NCBI GenBank assembly: GCA_005239895.1
Contig: SBBB01000025.1
Location: forward strand, 98,170 to 162,169
Origin: a bacterium
GTDB taxonomy: Bacteria > Patescibacteriota > Patescibacteriia > SBBB01
Direction: 5' to 3'
Length of the DNA: 64,000 nucleotides
Shown here: positions 28,397 to 37,482 of the stretch, piece by piece
Position numbering within the stretch: position 1 is the first letter of the stretch
Layout: each line of letters starts with the position of its first letter
Position numbers and translations under genes: made by a program
Notes under the pieces: model-generated
What the model was told of the DNA's origin: nothing
Database searches by the model: none
The model's input: the letters and a program-made list of their open reading frames with translations, nothing else

Positions 28397-29578
28397 TTAA
28401 TCTTCGTATTTAACAAACTTTCCATCCTTAACTGTTTTTAACATTATGGGTTTGTTAACATCACCATTCTTGTCAAAAGTAGTTAAACCACCCATTCCAG
28501 GATAATCTTTAACTACGTATAAATAATCTCTAATACAATCGGTTTTTTCCCCGCCGCACTTTTGAATAGCATCGCTAATCAACATAACAGCATCATAGGC
28601 ATTGGCCTCAAAAGCATCAGCATCTTTATTATATTTTATTTTATAAGTTTCGTTAAAAGCTTGAACCTTGGGATCATTTAAATCAAAAACCGGACTGCTA
28701 AAAATAACCCCCTCAGCAACTAAACCAATATCTAAAAATTCTTTAGTTCCAATAGCCGCACTGCCAGTGATTAAAGTTTCAGGAGCCAGTTCTTTAATTT
28801 GTTTTACTAAATTGCCAGCGTCTTTACCCAAAGCCACAGCTAGATAAAACGTTTTAGCGCCACTATTTTTGGCTTTTAAAATATCAGTTCTAAAATCAGA
28901 AGTATTTTCATCGTATTGATGATCCATGCTTATTTGACCACCTAATTTTTCAAATTCCTCTTTGAAAAATTTACTATAACTAATGGAGTTAGCTGATTTA
29001 GCAGTAAATAACGCAAGTTTATCAATGTTTTTATTTTTTAGAAATTTAGCCATTCCTTTTCCATGACTAACAGCGCTTTCTCTATTTCGAAAAACATAAT
29101 CACCAGCTTGAGAAATCTCGTCAGCCGCAGCAATAGGGGTAAATAAAATAACTTTACTTTGTTCAGTAATAGGGGCAATAGCTAAAACATCATTAGAACG
29201 AACTGGACCAATAACCACCTTAACTTTATCAATATCAACTAACTTTCTAGCGACTGAAACTGCTGAGTCTACCTCGCTTAAAGTATCTTCATAAACAACT
29301 TCCAATTTTAAGTTTCCCTGTTTATTAATTTTTTCTACAGCTAAATCTATACCATTTTTTAATCTTTCACCTAAAGAAGCGCCCTTGCCTGTAAAAGTTA
29401 AAGCCGCGCCAATTTTAATTGGCTCTTTAATTACCGGTTGATTTGTTTTAAATGTTTCTTTAACACTTGACTCATTTTTATTCATTCCATACCAAAACCC
29501 TAACATAACAATTAAAAATAAAACCACACCAATTATGATTTTTGTCCCATTAGAAGTTTTTGCGTCATTTGTATTCAT
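28397..29578 (-). CDS. Branched-chain amino acid ABC substrate-binding protein (LivK/LivJ-like)
   Basis: IKIGA, VVYEDT, VVIGP, YVFR, AYDAV, G..TFD.NGD. Confidence 0.9.
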   Translation of the reverse strand: MNTNDAKTSNGTKIIIGVVLFLIVMLGFWYGMNKNESSVKETFKTNQPVIKEPIKIGAALTFTGKGASLGERLKNGIDLAVEKINKQGNLKLEVVYEDTLSEVDSAVSVARKLVDIDKVKVVIGPVRSNDVLAIAPITEQSKVILFTPIAAADEISQAGDYVFRNRESAVSHGKGMAKFLKNKNIDKLALFTAKSANSISYSKFFKEEFEKLGGQISMDHQYDENTSDFRTDILKAKNSGAKTFYLAVALGKDAGNLVKQIKELAPETLITGSAAIGTKEFLDIGLVAEGVIFSSPVFDLNDPKVQAFNETYKIKYNKDADAFEANAYDAVMLISDAIQKCGGEKTDCIRDYLYVVKDYPGMGGLTTFDKNGDVNKPIMLKTVKDGKFVKYED

Positions 29579-29793
29579 ACATTTTATGTTTAAAAATTAT
29601 TCTACTGCATACCACTGCATACCACGTTAGAGTATTAAAGACTTCTAACGGGGATCATATATTTTATAGTTGAAACTTAAATTATTACCATACTATAATC
29701 AGTATCTTATACAACTTTGGAAAATTTGTCTACTTAGTACTTTAAACATTTTCCGTAATTCTTATATCTTAAATCGTAAATCTTAAATCTATT

Positions 29794-30528
29794 TTACTCT
29801 CCTAAATACGCTTCAACTACTTCTCTTTTTGCTAAAACTTTATCAGGGGCACCTTCGGCTAATAACCTGCCTTCGTCCATAACAAAAATATAATCACAAA
29901 GTTCACGCATTAAACCCATATCGTGTTCAATTAAAATTACAGTTTTATTTTCTTTTTTAAATTCTTGAATAATATCCGCAAGCATTTTTTTCATTTCTGG
30001 AAAAAGTCCAGCAAAAGGTTCGTCTAATAAATAAATGTCGGCTTTCATGGCTAATATCCTAGCAATTTCCAAAAGCTTTCTTTGCCCGTAAGATAGATTA
30101 ATAACTAATTGATCTTTTTTGCTCCAAAGATTAATTTTATGCAAAACTTCTTCGGCAATTTTTAAATGATAAGTTGTGTGTTTTTCAAAAAGAGAACCAA
30201 AAATATTTCTTTCAGTTAAAACAACCAAAATATTATCCAACACGGTCATTTGTTCAAAAAGCCTAACATTTTGAAAGGTTCGCGTAATTCCGTAAAAAGA
30301 AATTTGGCGCGATAATATTTTATTAAATTTTTGAGCTTCATTAATTACCACTTCTCCAGCATCTATAGATAACATGCCACTCAATAAATTTATAAATGTA
30401 GTTTTCCCCGATCCATTTGGGCCTACTATACCAGTAATACTCCCCCTTTCTATGTTTATAGAAAGATGATCAACAGCGTGAACACCACCAAATTGTTTTA
30501 TTAAATTTTTAGTTTCAATAGCTAACAT
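29794..30528 (-). CDS. livG: Branched-chain amino acid ABC transporter ATPase (LivG)
   Basis: GPNGSGKTT, RTFQNVRLF, LSYGQRKLLEIAR, EAYLG; start set to ATG 30528. Confidence 0.92.
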   Translation of the reverse strand: MLAIETKNLIKQFGGVHAVDHLSINIERGSITGIVGPNGSGKTTFINLLSGMLSIDAGEVVINEAQKFNKILSRQISFYGITRTFQNVRLFEQMTVLDNILVVLTERNIFGSLFEKHTTYHLKIAEEVLHKINLWSKKDQLVINLSYGQRKLLEIARILAMKADIYLLDEPFAGLFPEMKKMLADIIQEFKKENKTVILIEHDMGLMRELCDYIFVMDEGRLLAEGAPDKVLAKREVVEAYLGE

Positions 30529-30582
30529 AAACAAGTTAAAAGTTCGCAAAGTTATAAAGTTCGTAAAATTTTAAAAAAATAG

Positions 30583-30834
30583 TTATTTTTCTAAAACAAA
30601 CCTTTCCACTAATTTGTCATTGAATTTTACTATAGAGAACCACTCATCAAGTGGCCTTGTAAATAATTCAGCGTCAGCATTTTGATAAAGCGGTTTATAC
30701 ACAACCATCCAAATATCATCATTAGAATGAATTGCAAGACCAACTACTTCATACTTGTCACCTTTATAATGAAGATATTTTTCGCCTTTCTTTGGTGTTC
30801 TTTCTGGCATTTTAGGTATCCATCCTTTTGTCAT
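30583..30834 (-). CDS. DUF1653 family protein
   Basis: Y.HYKG..YEV.G.A.HS, VVYKPLY, FTRPL..W, RF. Confidence 0.85.
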   Translation of the reverse strand: MTKGWIPKMPERTPKKGEKYLHYKGDKYEVVGLAIHSNDDIWMVVYKPLYQNADAELFTRPLDEWFSIVKFNDKLVERFVLEK

Positions 30835-30873
30835 AATAAATATATTATCACAAACAAAACAATACAAGAAGCA

Positions 30874-31767
30874 TTAAGAGCAAGACCGAGAAACTCCGTC
30901 TGCTAATCCTAGACATGTATTCATATTTTTATCAGAAAATTTTAAAGTCGAAATTTCTGGACTAGCCCGATGATTTAATACAGTTAAACCAGTATCAATT
31001 CGTATCTGATCTGGATATTTATAAGTTGTACTGTGTAGTTCATGACGCAAAACTTCTAAAGATAAATCGTTGTTATCACTATCAGTAATAGGAACAATAA
31101 GGAAGGGATGATCAAATGTTAAACGATTACCACCAAAACTACGCTCACTAAAAGCAATACCAATCGCAACCCTTATATTCTTCTGGGCAACTTCTTTTGC
31201 AAAATGAGACCTAGATATAATAAAACCCTGCGGTAATTGTTCAGTATTATTAAAACGACCTGTAGCATCATAATAAGCAACAAAGGCTCTATGAAAACCT
31301 TCTGGTCTTTGCATAGATAAATCCACTAAAGAATCTTTTTGCCAATCTATATGACCTAAATATTTAGTATTACAAATCTCGGCTAATTTTTTTGCCCATT
31401 CAATGGCGTAATAATCTGGAGGAAGAGATATATCAATTTTATCTTTATTTTTATTAATATAAACTGTGGCGCAACCACACTCTGCGTGACTATACACGCC
31501 TTTAATGTTTTTTCCTTTTAAAGCTTCTACCACTTGCTCTTGATGCAAAATACCAGATCCACCAATTCTAATACCACCACCAGATATACCTTCGTCAATA
31601 CAACGAACACAATTATCATTTTCTCTAAACATTGAATCTGTATTTATATTAGTATCTTCAATATATTTTTTAAAACCTTTTTCCCACAAAGACTTAAACT
31701 TATTTTTTTGTTCTTTCCAATATTCTTCAATATTAAAATGTTCTTCAGGCTCAGATAATTTATGCAT
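30874..31767 (-). CDS. Hypothetical protein with carbonic-anhydrase-like metal ligands
   Basis: RCIDEG ... SHAECGC; promoter TTGACA-17-TATTAT at 31838-31810 favours start 31767. Confidence 0.65.
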   Translation of the reverse strand: MHKLSEPEEHFNIEEYWKEQKNKFKSLWEKGFKKYIEDTNINTDSMFRENDNCVRCIDEGISGGGIRIGGSGILHQEQVVEALKGKNIKGVYSHAECGCATVYINKNKDKIDISLPPDYYAIEWAKKLAEICNTKYLGHIDWQKDSLVDLSMQRPEGFHRAFVAYYDATGRFNNTEQLPQGFIISRSHFAKEVAQKNIRVAIGIAFSERSFGGNRLTFDHPFLIVPITDSDNNDLSLEVLRHELHSTTYKYPDQIRIDTGLTVLNHRASPEISTLKFSDKNMNTCLGLADGVSRSCS

Positions 31768-31974
31768 ATTTTTTATGTTTACAAATAATAATTTAAAAAC
31801 AATCAAAAAATAATACACCCACACAATATAAGTGTCAAGTAAATTTATCTACCTAATATAACCTGTAAATTAAAAGAGCCCCTATGTTGCGATTGTAGGG
31901 GCTCACTATGTTAATGTTGCTTTTTTATAATGCGCATTTCGGTTAAAAAAACCAAAAAGCAGCAACTCTTCTAT

Positions 31975-32181
31975 TTATTTATCTGTCCTGGATGTTAATT
32001 TTACCTGCCATATATCAGTTAAACATAACATGAGTAAGAAAAAACACACTATCGACACTAAGCCTGCTACCTGAATGTCTGTAAAAAGAAACACTATAAA
32101 ACTTATGGAACAAAGAGCCGAAGAAAGATATACAGATACTACTAAAAAACTGGTTCGTATTTGCGTTATAAGATTTTTCAT
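31975..32181 (-). CDS. Small two-TM orphan protein
   Basis: GGAG SD, upstream TTGACA-16-TAAACT, downstream hairpin 31876-31904. Confidence 0.65.
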   Translation of the reverse strand: MKNLITQIRTSFLVVSVYLSSALCSISFIVFLFTDIQVAGLVSIVCFFLLMLCLTDIWQVKLTSRTDK

Positions 32182-32532
32182 GATGTTCTCCTAATTATTT
32201 ACAAGGGTTGATTAAATTTCAAAACTTCAAAATTAAACTAGAGATACGCCATAAGCATTTTTAGTTTATATTTAAGTTTACCGTAAATATATTTTTTGTC
32301 AACCTCGTTAGAGATTATAAAAACCTATCTTATCTATATTTTAGACAGAATTATAGCTACCAATTATTTAACCATAAATATAAAATATAAACCTCTAACT
32401 GGGTCAACCAAATATTTTTTAAAAAACAGGTAGGGAGTCATCCAATAAAGACTCCCTACCACCATAATAAACCGCAATAAACCGCGGTAATATTTTACCA
32501 AAAAAATACCATCATCTTCGTGAAAATTGATA

Positions 32533-32928
32533 TCACCCAAACGAACAATCAAGATCACGAAAGTTAATCAATATTCCTTCTGGTAACTTGGTTTTTAGCT
32601 CTTTTATCTTGGTTGCTAATCCATCCGAACACTGATTGTCGCCAATGTTTCGAGAAAGATTATAAACATTGGCTGTGCCCCAATAAACACGCTCCTGATA
32701 AATAGCCTTTTGGCCATAAGTGTTTATAACCACAAACCGAAGCATGTGTCCAAAATATAACTCAGGACCTGTGCTCCCAATTTGATTGCTATTGTTTCTT
32801 ACGACCCAGTATGACTCTGCCTCTACAGATTTGCAGCTTGACTCTTTCGCAATCTCTACAAGTTCTTCCATGGTCTCAACCTCGTACGGAAAAAACTGTA
32901 AAATTAAACGTTTAATAAACTCTAACAT
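32533..32928 (-). CDS. Orphan hypothetical protein
   Basis: AAGGAGG SD before ATG 32928. Confidence 0.7.
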   Translation of the reverse strand: MLEFIKRLILQFFPYEVETMEELVEIAKESSCKSVEAESYWVVRNNSNQIGSTGPELYFGHMLRFVVINTYGQKAIYQERVYWGTANVYNLSRNIGDNQCSDGLATKIKELKTKLPEGILINFRDLDCSFG

Positions 32929-33064
32929 GGTGGCCTCCTTTCGTGCGTCGGTTCTACTTAGAGCCATTGCCTAAGCTCTCTATAAATATAACATATTATT
33001 TAATTTTAACAAATTTTGTTGTTTTTCAAACAATTGCATTTTAAGTATATATAGAATAAACTAT

Positions 33065-33099
33065 GAAGCTACTTGGAAGTTTCGCTTCCAAGTAGCTTC
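33065..33099. repeat. REP-like hairpin at transposase 3' end
   Basis: GAAGCT-ACTTGGAAGT-TTC-GCTTCCAAGT-AGCTTC. Confidence 0.85.
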
Positions 33100-33731
33100 T
33101 AATCGACTTCTAAAGCTTTTTTTCTAGACTGTGTGTCCTGCCAAGATTCTATAGCAAAGTCTAGATATATTTTTGGGTTTTTAAATTGATCTAATATAAT
33201 TTTTGTATCACATAAACCTTTCTCGTTTTTAATATATTCTTCTAAGCTAGATTTACTTAAACTAAGAATTTTATTTCCGGATTTATCTCGATTGTTCATA
33301 TTTATATAAGCGCTTAAATGAATCAGGTATCGATTATCAGATATATGTTTTGATTGAAAATTCCCCTGAAATAACACACCATTTCTTTTATATTTTTCAT
33401 TGAAATATTTAGTATAACCACCAATCCGTTGCATAAATTTTTCAATTCCTTTTTCTACAACAGGGGTGATAAGAAAATGAAAATGGTTTGGATTTATACA
33501 AAAAGCTATAATTGAAACCAACTTGGAAGTTTCGCTTCCAAGTTTTTCTTTGTCTTTTTTAAAAGAAAATTCATAAATACTCCCAATGGGTTCTAATCTA
33601 TTAAAATCTTTTATACTTTTTAACAAACGATCTAAATCAAATTTATCAAGAATTATTTTTCTTTTATCAACACCACGATTGTATATGTGATAATATTCTC
33701 CAATAATAAATTCATGTTTTCTAGTACTCAT
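33099..33731 (-). mobile_element. Y1 HUH transposase, REP-associated tyrosine transposase (RAYT)-like
   Basis: YYHIYNRGVDK, FCINPNHFHFL (HUH), YFNEKYKR.G.LFQG.F, YINMN; start set to ATG 33731. Confidence 0.88.
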
Positions 33732-33813
33732 AAATAAATAATAACATATTTGGTTAATTAGTAACAACCACTTAGGAGCAAGGCACCTAAGTTAGTAGGA
33801 AGTAACTCTCAGT

Positions 33814-34692
33814 TTACAATTTATACTCCCCTATTAAGCCTTGCGGCCTATAAAGCATTAATAAAATTAAAATAACTCCATATACTACTTGCCTCATTTG
33901 AGCGGCTATGTCTGGTGGAAAACCAACAAAACGCAAAATTTCAGGCAATAATATTAAAAACAATGCTCCCAAAACTGCGCCACGCAAATTAGCTAGTCCT
34001 CCTAAAATAATAATAGCTAGAATAAATATGGATTCGTGTATAGTAAAACTAGTGGGGTCAATAAATGTAATATAAGAAGCGAAAAGCGAACCAGCGATGG
34101 ATGCCATAACAGCAGCCACAATAAAAATCATTAATTTAAAATATAAAACATTGTAACCAAAGACCTCTATGGCCTTTTCATCTTCTCTAATAGCTTTCAA
34201 AACCCTACCAAACGAAGAATTAATTATAAAATATGACAAATAATAAATTAAAATTAAAAACGCAAAAGTAAGAATTAAAAATGCGAAATTATTCGAAATT
34301 AAAAATTGGAAATTAAAAATTTTTATTTCCGGTCTAGCAATGCCTGGTATACCCAAAGGCCCTCTCGTAACACTTTGCCAATTTAATAAAATCGCAAAAA
34401 TAATAGTATTAAAACCCAAAGTGCCCAAAGCATAATAATCGCCTTTAAATTTTGATAATACTAAACCAATCAACAAACTAATAACAGCGGTTATAATCAT
34501 GCCCAATATAATTGAAACAAAAAATCCCAATTTAAATTGAGTTAATAAAATAGCGGTAGTATAAGCTCCAATACCATAAAAAGCAGCATGAGTTACAGAT
34601 AACAATCCAGTATAACCTACAACTAAATTTAAGCTAACCACAAGCATGGCGTAAATAGCGAACAAAATTGAGAGATGAACTAAGTATTCCAT
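33814..34692 (-). CDS. livM: Branched-chain amino acid ABC permease (LivM)
   Basis: SLNLVVGYTG, HAAFYGIGAY, FGRVLKAIREDE, RPQGL. Confidence 0.92.
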   Translation of the reverse strand: MEYLVHLSILFAIYAMLVVSLNLVVGYTGLLSVTHAAFYGIGAYTTAILLTQFKLGFFVSIILGMIITAVISLLIGLVLSKFKGDYYALGTLGFNTIIFAILLNWQSVTRGPLGIPGIARPEIKIFNFQFLISNNFAFLILTFAFLILIYYLSYFIINSSFGRVLKAIREDEKAIEVFGYNVLYFKLMIFIVAAVMASIAGSLFASYITFIDPTSFTIHESIFILAIIILGGLANLRGAVLGALFLILLPEILRFVGFPPDIAAQMRQVVYGVILILLMLYRPQGLIGEYKL

Positions 34693-34842
34693 AAACAATA
34701 AAACCCTAAACTCTAAACACTAAATACTAAACACTAAACAAAATAATTATAACACAAACTTTATACTCTAAATCTACCACAAATTCCACTATAAGCAAAA
34801 GAATAAACCCTAAACTCTAAACAAACTTAAAAACTAAAATAC

Positions 34843-35205
34843 TTACGATCTACATTTTTCTACTATAGAACCAAAAATCTTCATCAGCTCAGTAACTTCC
34901 TGAATCAACTCATCTTTCTCTCTATGTTGATCTAACTTAGGCTCACTTAAAACCAACCAATACCTACTTTCTTTAGCTTCTTTCCTAGATATTTTTATTC
35001 TCATAATAAAATCTTTTTTACTTAATGATTCTTCGACTTCAATATAATTAGCCCCCACTGATCCAGCCGATCTAACCAATTGCTTACCAATTTCAATATT
35101 AGATATAGTTTTGGATAAATTATTTACATAAACATTAGCTCTCTTAGCAAATTTAAGAGTTCTGTCCCCTAAGTCATATTGTTTTGTATTTTGAATTTTG
35201 ATCAT
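34843..35205 (-). CDS. Four helix bundle protein (23S rRNA intervening-sequence protein family)
   Basis: QLVRSAGSVGANYIE, SKKDF..RIKISRKEAKESRYWL; flanked by inverted heptamer arrays. Confidence 0.9.
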   Translation of the reverse strand: MIKIQNTKQYDLGDRTLKFAKRANVYVNNLSKTISNIEIGKQLVRSAGSVGANYIEVEESLSKKDFIMRIKISRKEAKESRYWLVLSEPKLDQHREKDELIQEVTELMKIFGSIVEKCRS

Positions 35206-35244
35206 TTGAATTTGTTTAGTGTTTAAAATTTAGTATTTAGTGTT

Positions 35245-36117
35245 TTATTTTCTAATGATTCCGGTCGGTCTGAATATCAAAAATAGTATTAATAATCCAA
35301 AAGCAATGGCATCTTTCCATTCTCCGGATATTTTCCAAATACCAAAATTTTCTACAAAACCTAAAATAAACGCGCCCAGCACACCACCAAAAATACTCCC
35401 AATTCCACCAACAATAGAAGCAATAACACCCTTAAGCAGCAATCCTAATCCCATAGTTGGTTCAATACCAGTATCAAAACCAACTAAAATACCAGTTAAT
35501 CCAGCAATAGCTGAACCTATAAAAAACACCACACTGATTATCTTGTTAGTATTAATGCCAACTATTTTGGCTACTTCTTCATCGTCAGTCACAGCTCTGA
35601 CAGCTTTACCAAATTTAGTTTTATAAAGAAACAAAATCAGTCCGCATGCAACTGCAATAGCAGATATTAAAATAATCAGTTGGGTTTGAGTTATTAAACC
35701 ACCGAAAATATTAAAAATTTTTGAAGTGTCAATGTTAAATGAAAGCGTTTGAAATTGACTTGTAAATAAAATAGCAATTATGGCTTGAATGGCTGTAAAA
35801 GTTCCCAATGAAGCTACTAATAAAACCATACTGGACGCTTTTCTTTTTCTAAGCGGTAAATAAATAATTTTATCTAAAGCATAACCAAATAAACCAGTAA
35901 TTATAATACCTAAAACAACAGCTAGATATAAATTTAAACCCAAGGTTTTAGTAAAATAAAAAACTGAATAGCCAGCTATAGTTGCCATTACTCCGTGCGC
36001 TAGGTTAAAAAATTTAGTAACTCCGTAAATTAAATTAAAACCCAGAGAAATTAAAGCATAAACTGCTCCGGCAATAAGACTATTTAAAACCAATTGAGAA
36101 AAAATAGACATAGACAA
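35245..36117 (-). CDS. livH: Branched-chain amino acid ABC permease (LivH)
   Basis: GAVYALISLGFNLIYG, NLAHG, GKAVRAV, VGGIGSI.G, RPTG. Confidence 0.92.
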   Translation of the reverse strand: MSMSIFSQLVLNSLIAGAVYALISLGFNLIYGVTKFFNLAHGVMATIAGYSVFYFTKTLGLNLYLAVVLGIIITGLFGYALDKIIYLPLRKRKASSMVLLVASLGTFTAIQAIIAILFTSQFQTLSFNIDTSKIFNIFGGLITQTQLIILISAIAVACGLILFLYKTKFGKAVRAVTDDEEVAKIVGINTNKIISVVFFIGSAIAGLTGILVGFDTGIEPTMGLGLLLKGVIASIVGGIGSIFGGVLGAFILGFVENFGIWKISGEWKDAIAFGLLILFLIFRPTGIIRK

Positions 36118-36196
36118 AAGTTGAAAGTTAAAAGTTTAAAGTTAAAAAGTTAAAGATTAGAAAGTTAACCCATTTTTTGTCATTATTGTAATTTTC

Positions 36197-36225
36197 TGTC
36201 ATTCCCGCGAAGGCGGGAATCCAGG
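36197..36225. repeat. Solo arm of the REPIN-like family
   Basis: TGTCATTCCCGCGAAGGCGGGAATCCAGG followed by AGCGTA as in copy 1. Confidence 0.85.
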
Positions 36226-36436
36226 AGCGTATTCAACGTGTAACCCAGATTCACATAAAAATTAACAATAAATAACCTTATCAACTTTCAACTTTCTAAC
36301 TCTAAATCTAAATATATAATATAAACAAAAGAAAGTAAACGCAATTAACTATTGTTTTTATTTTAATTTTTGCTAATATAAGTGCAGTTACACAAGACAG
36401 GTTTAGTGTTAGTCAATCTATACTAATAAATGGAGG

Positions 36437-37399
36437 ATGAAAATGGAAACATTTGTTGACAAGTTACAAAAATCAATGCAAGAGAAAAAAAGTGTTTTGT
36501 GTGTAGGACTCGATCCACAATTACGGTTTATGCCCCCGCATCTTATTGAAGCCGCTATAAAAAAACACGGAGAAACATGGGAAGCGGTAGCTGAAGTTTA
36601 TCGCATGTTTAATCACGACATCATACACGCCATTGCTCCGTATGCAGCTGCAGTTAAACTTCAAGCTGCATTTTACGAAGCAAGTTATCATCTCTGGAAG
36701 GTGCTTGAAATAACTATTAGATATGCTAAGAATAATAACCTAATAAAAATCACAGACGCCAAAAGAAACGACGGCGGAGACACAGCTAAAATATACGCCC
36801 AAACTCATATCGGAGAAATTCCGTTTTTTAATGAATTAACAAAACAAGCTCCGATTAGGGTCGATGCCGTAACTATCAACGGTTACATTGCTGACAGTTG
36901 CGTTCCTTATTTTGTAGATGAAATTAAAAAACATGGAACCGGAGCATTCGTGGTTGATAAAACATCATTTATTCCAAACTCGTCTATAGAAGGATTAATG
37001 ACAGAAAACGACCTCACTGTTTGGGAAGAAATGGCTTACAAGGTTGCTAAATGGGGAGAGGGCACTGAGGGTCAAAATGGTTATCGCAATCTAGGCGTTG
37101 TAATGGGTGCTACCTATCCAGAAGATGCTGAAAAAATGCGAGAAATCCTCCCCAAAGCAATTAAATTGGTCCCGGGATATGGAAAACAAGGTGGCGGAGC
37201 AGATGGCGCTGTAATGTCATTCAACGAAGATGGATTTGGCGCTATAGTGAATTCATCTCGAGGAATTATTGCAGCCTGGAAAGAAGGACCCTTTGCATGC
37301 GATCCAAGAGATTATACAAAGGCAGCCGCTCAAGCCGCACAAGCAGCTCGCGATGAACTCAATGAAGCTCTAAAACGAGCCAATAAATATCCGTTCTAA
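36437..37399 (+). CDS. pyrF: Orotidine-5'-phosphate decarboxylase (subfamily 2)
   Basis: LCVGLDP, DAKR.D, GVVMGAT, LVPGYG.QGG, NSSRGII. Confidence 0.92.
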   Translation: MKMETFVDKLQKSMQEKKSVLCVGLDPQLRFMPPHLIEAAIKKHGETWEAVAEVYRMFNHDIIHAIAPYAAAVKLQAAFYEASYHLWKVLEITIRYAKNNNLIKITDAKRNDGGDTAKIYAQTHIGEIPFFNELTKQAPIRVDAVTINGYIADSCVPYFVDEIKKHGTGAFVVDKTSFIPNSSIEGLMTENDLTVWEEMAYKVAKWGEGTEGQNGYRNLGVVMGATYPEDAEKMREILPKAIKLVPGYGKQGGGADGAVMSFNEDGFGAIVNSSRGIIAAWKEGPFACDPRDYTKAAAQAAQAARDELNEALKRANKYPF

Positions 37400-37427
37400 A
37401 AAACGGACAATAAACCTACTAGAATCG

Positions 37428-37457
37428 GCGGCGCTAAAGTATCACAGCGCCGCTTTC
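37428..37457 (+). terminator. Hairpin terminator after pyrF
   Basis: GCGGCGCT...AGCGCCGC followed by TTTC. Confidence 0.65.
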
Positions 37458-37482
37458 ATATTTTAAAAAACTAAAAACTTAT

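Noticed and set aside
32364-32558. 64-aa ORF
   Set aside because: GTG start without SD, overlaps the upstream gene, no motif; cannot be supported.
34843-35205. Four-helix protein as Avd of a diversity-generating retroelement
   Set aside because: No reverse transcriptase or TR/VR pair in the window.
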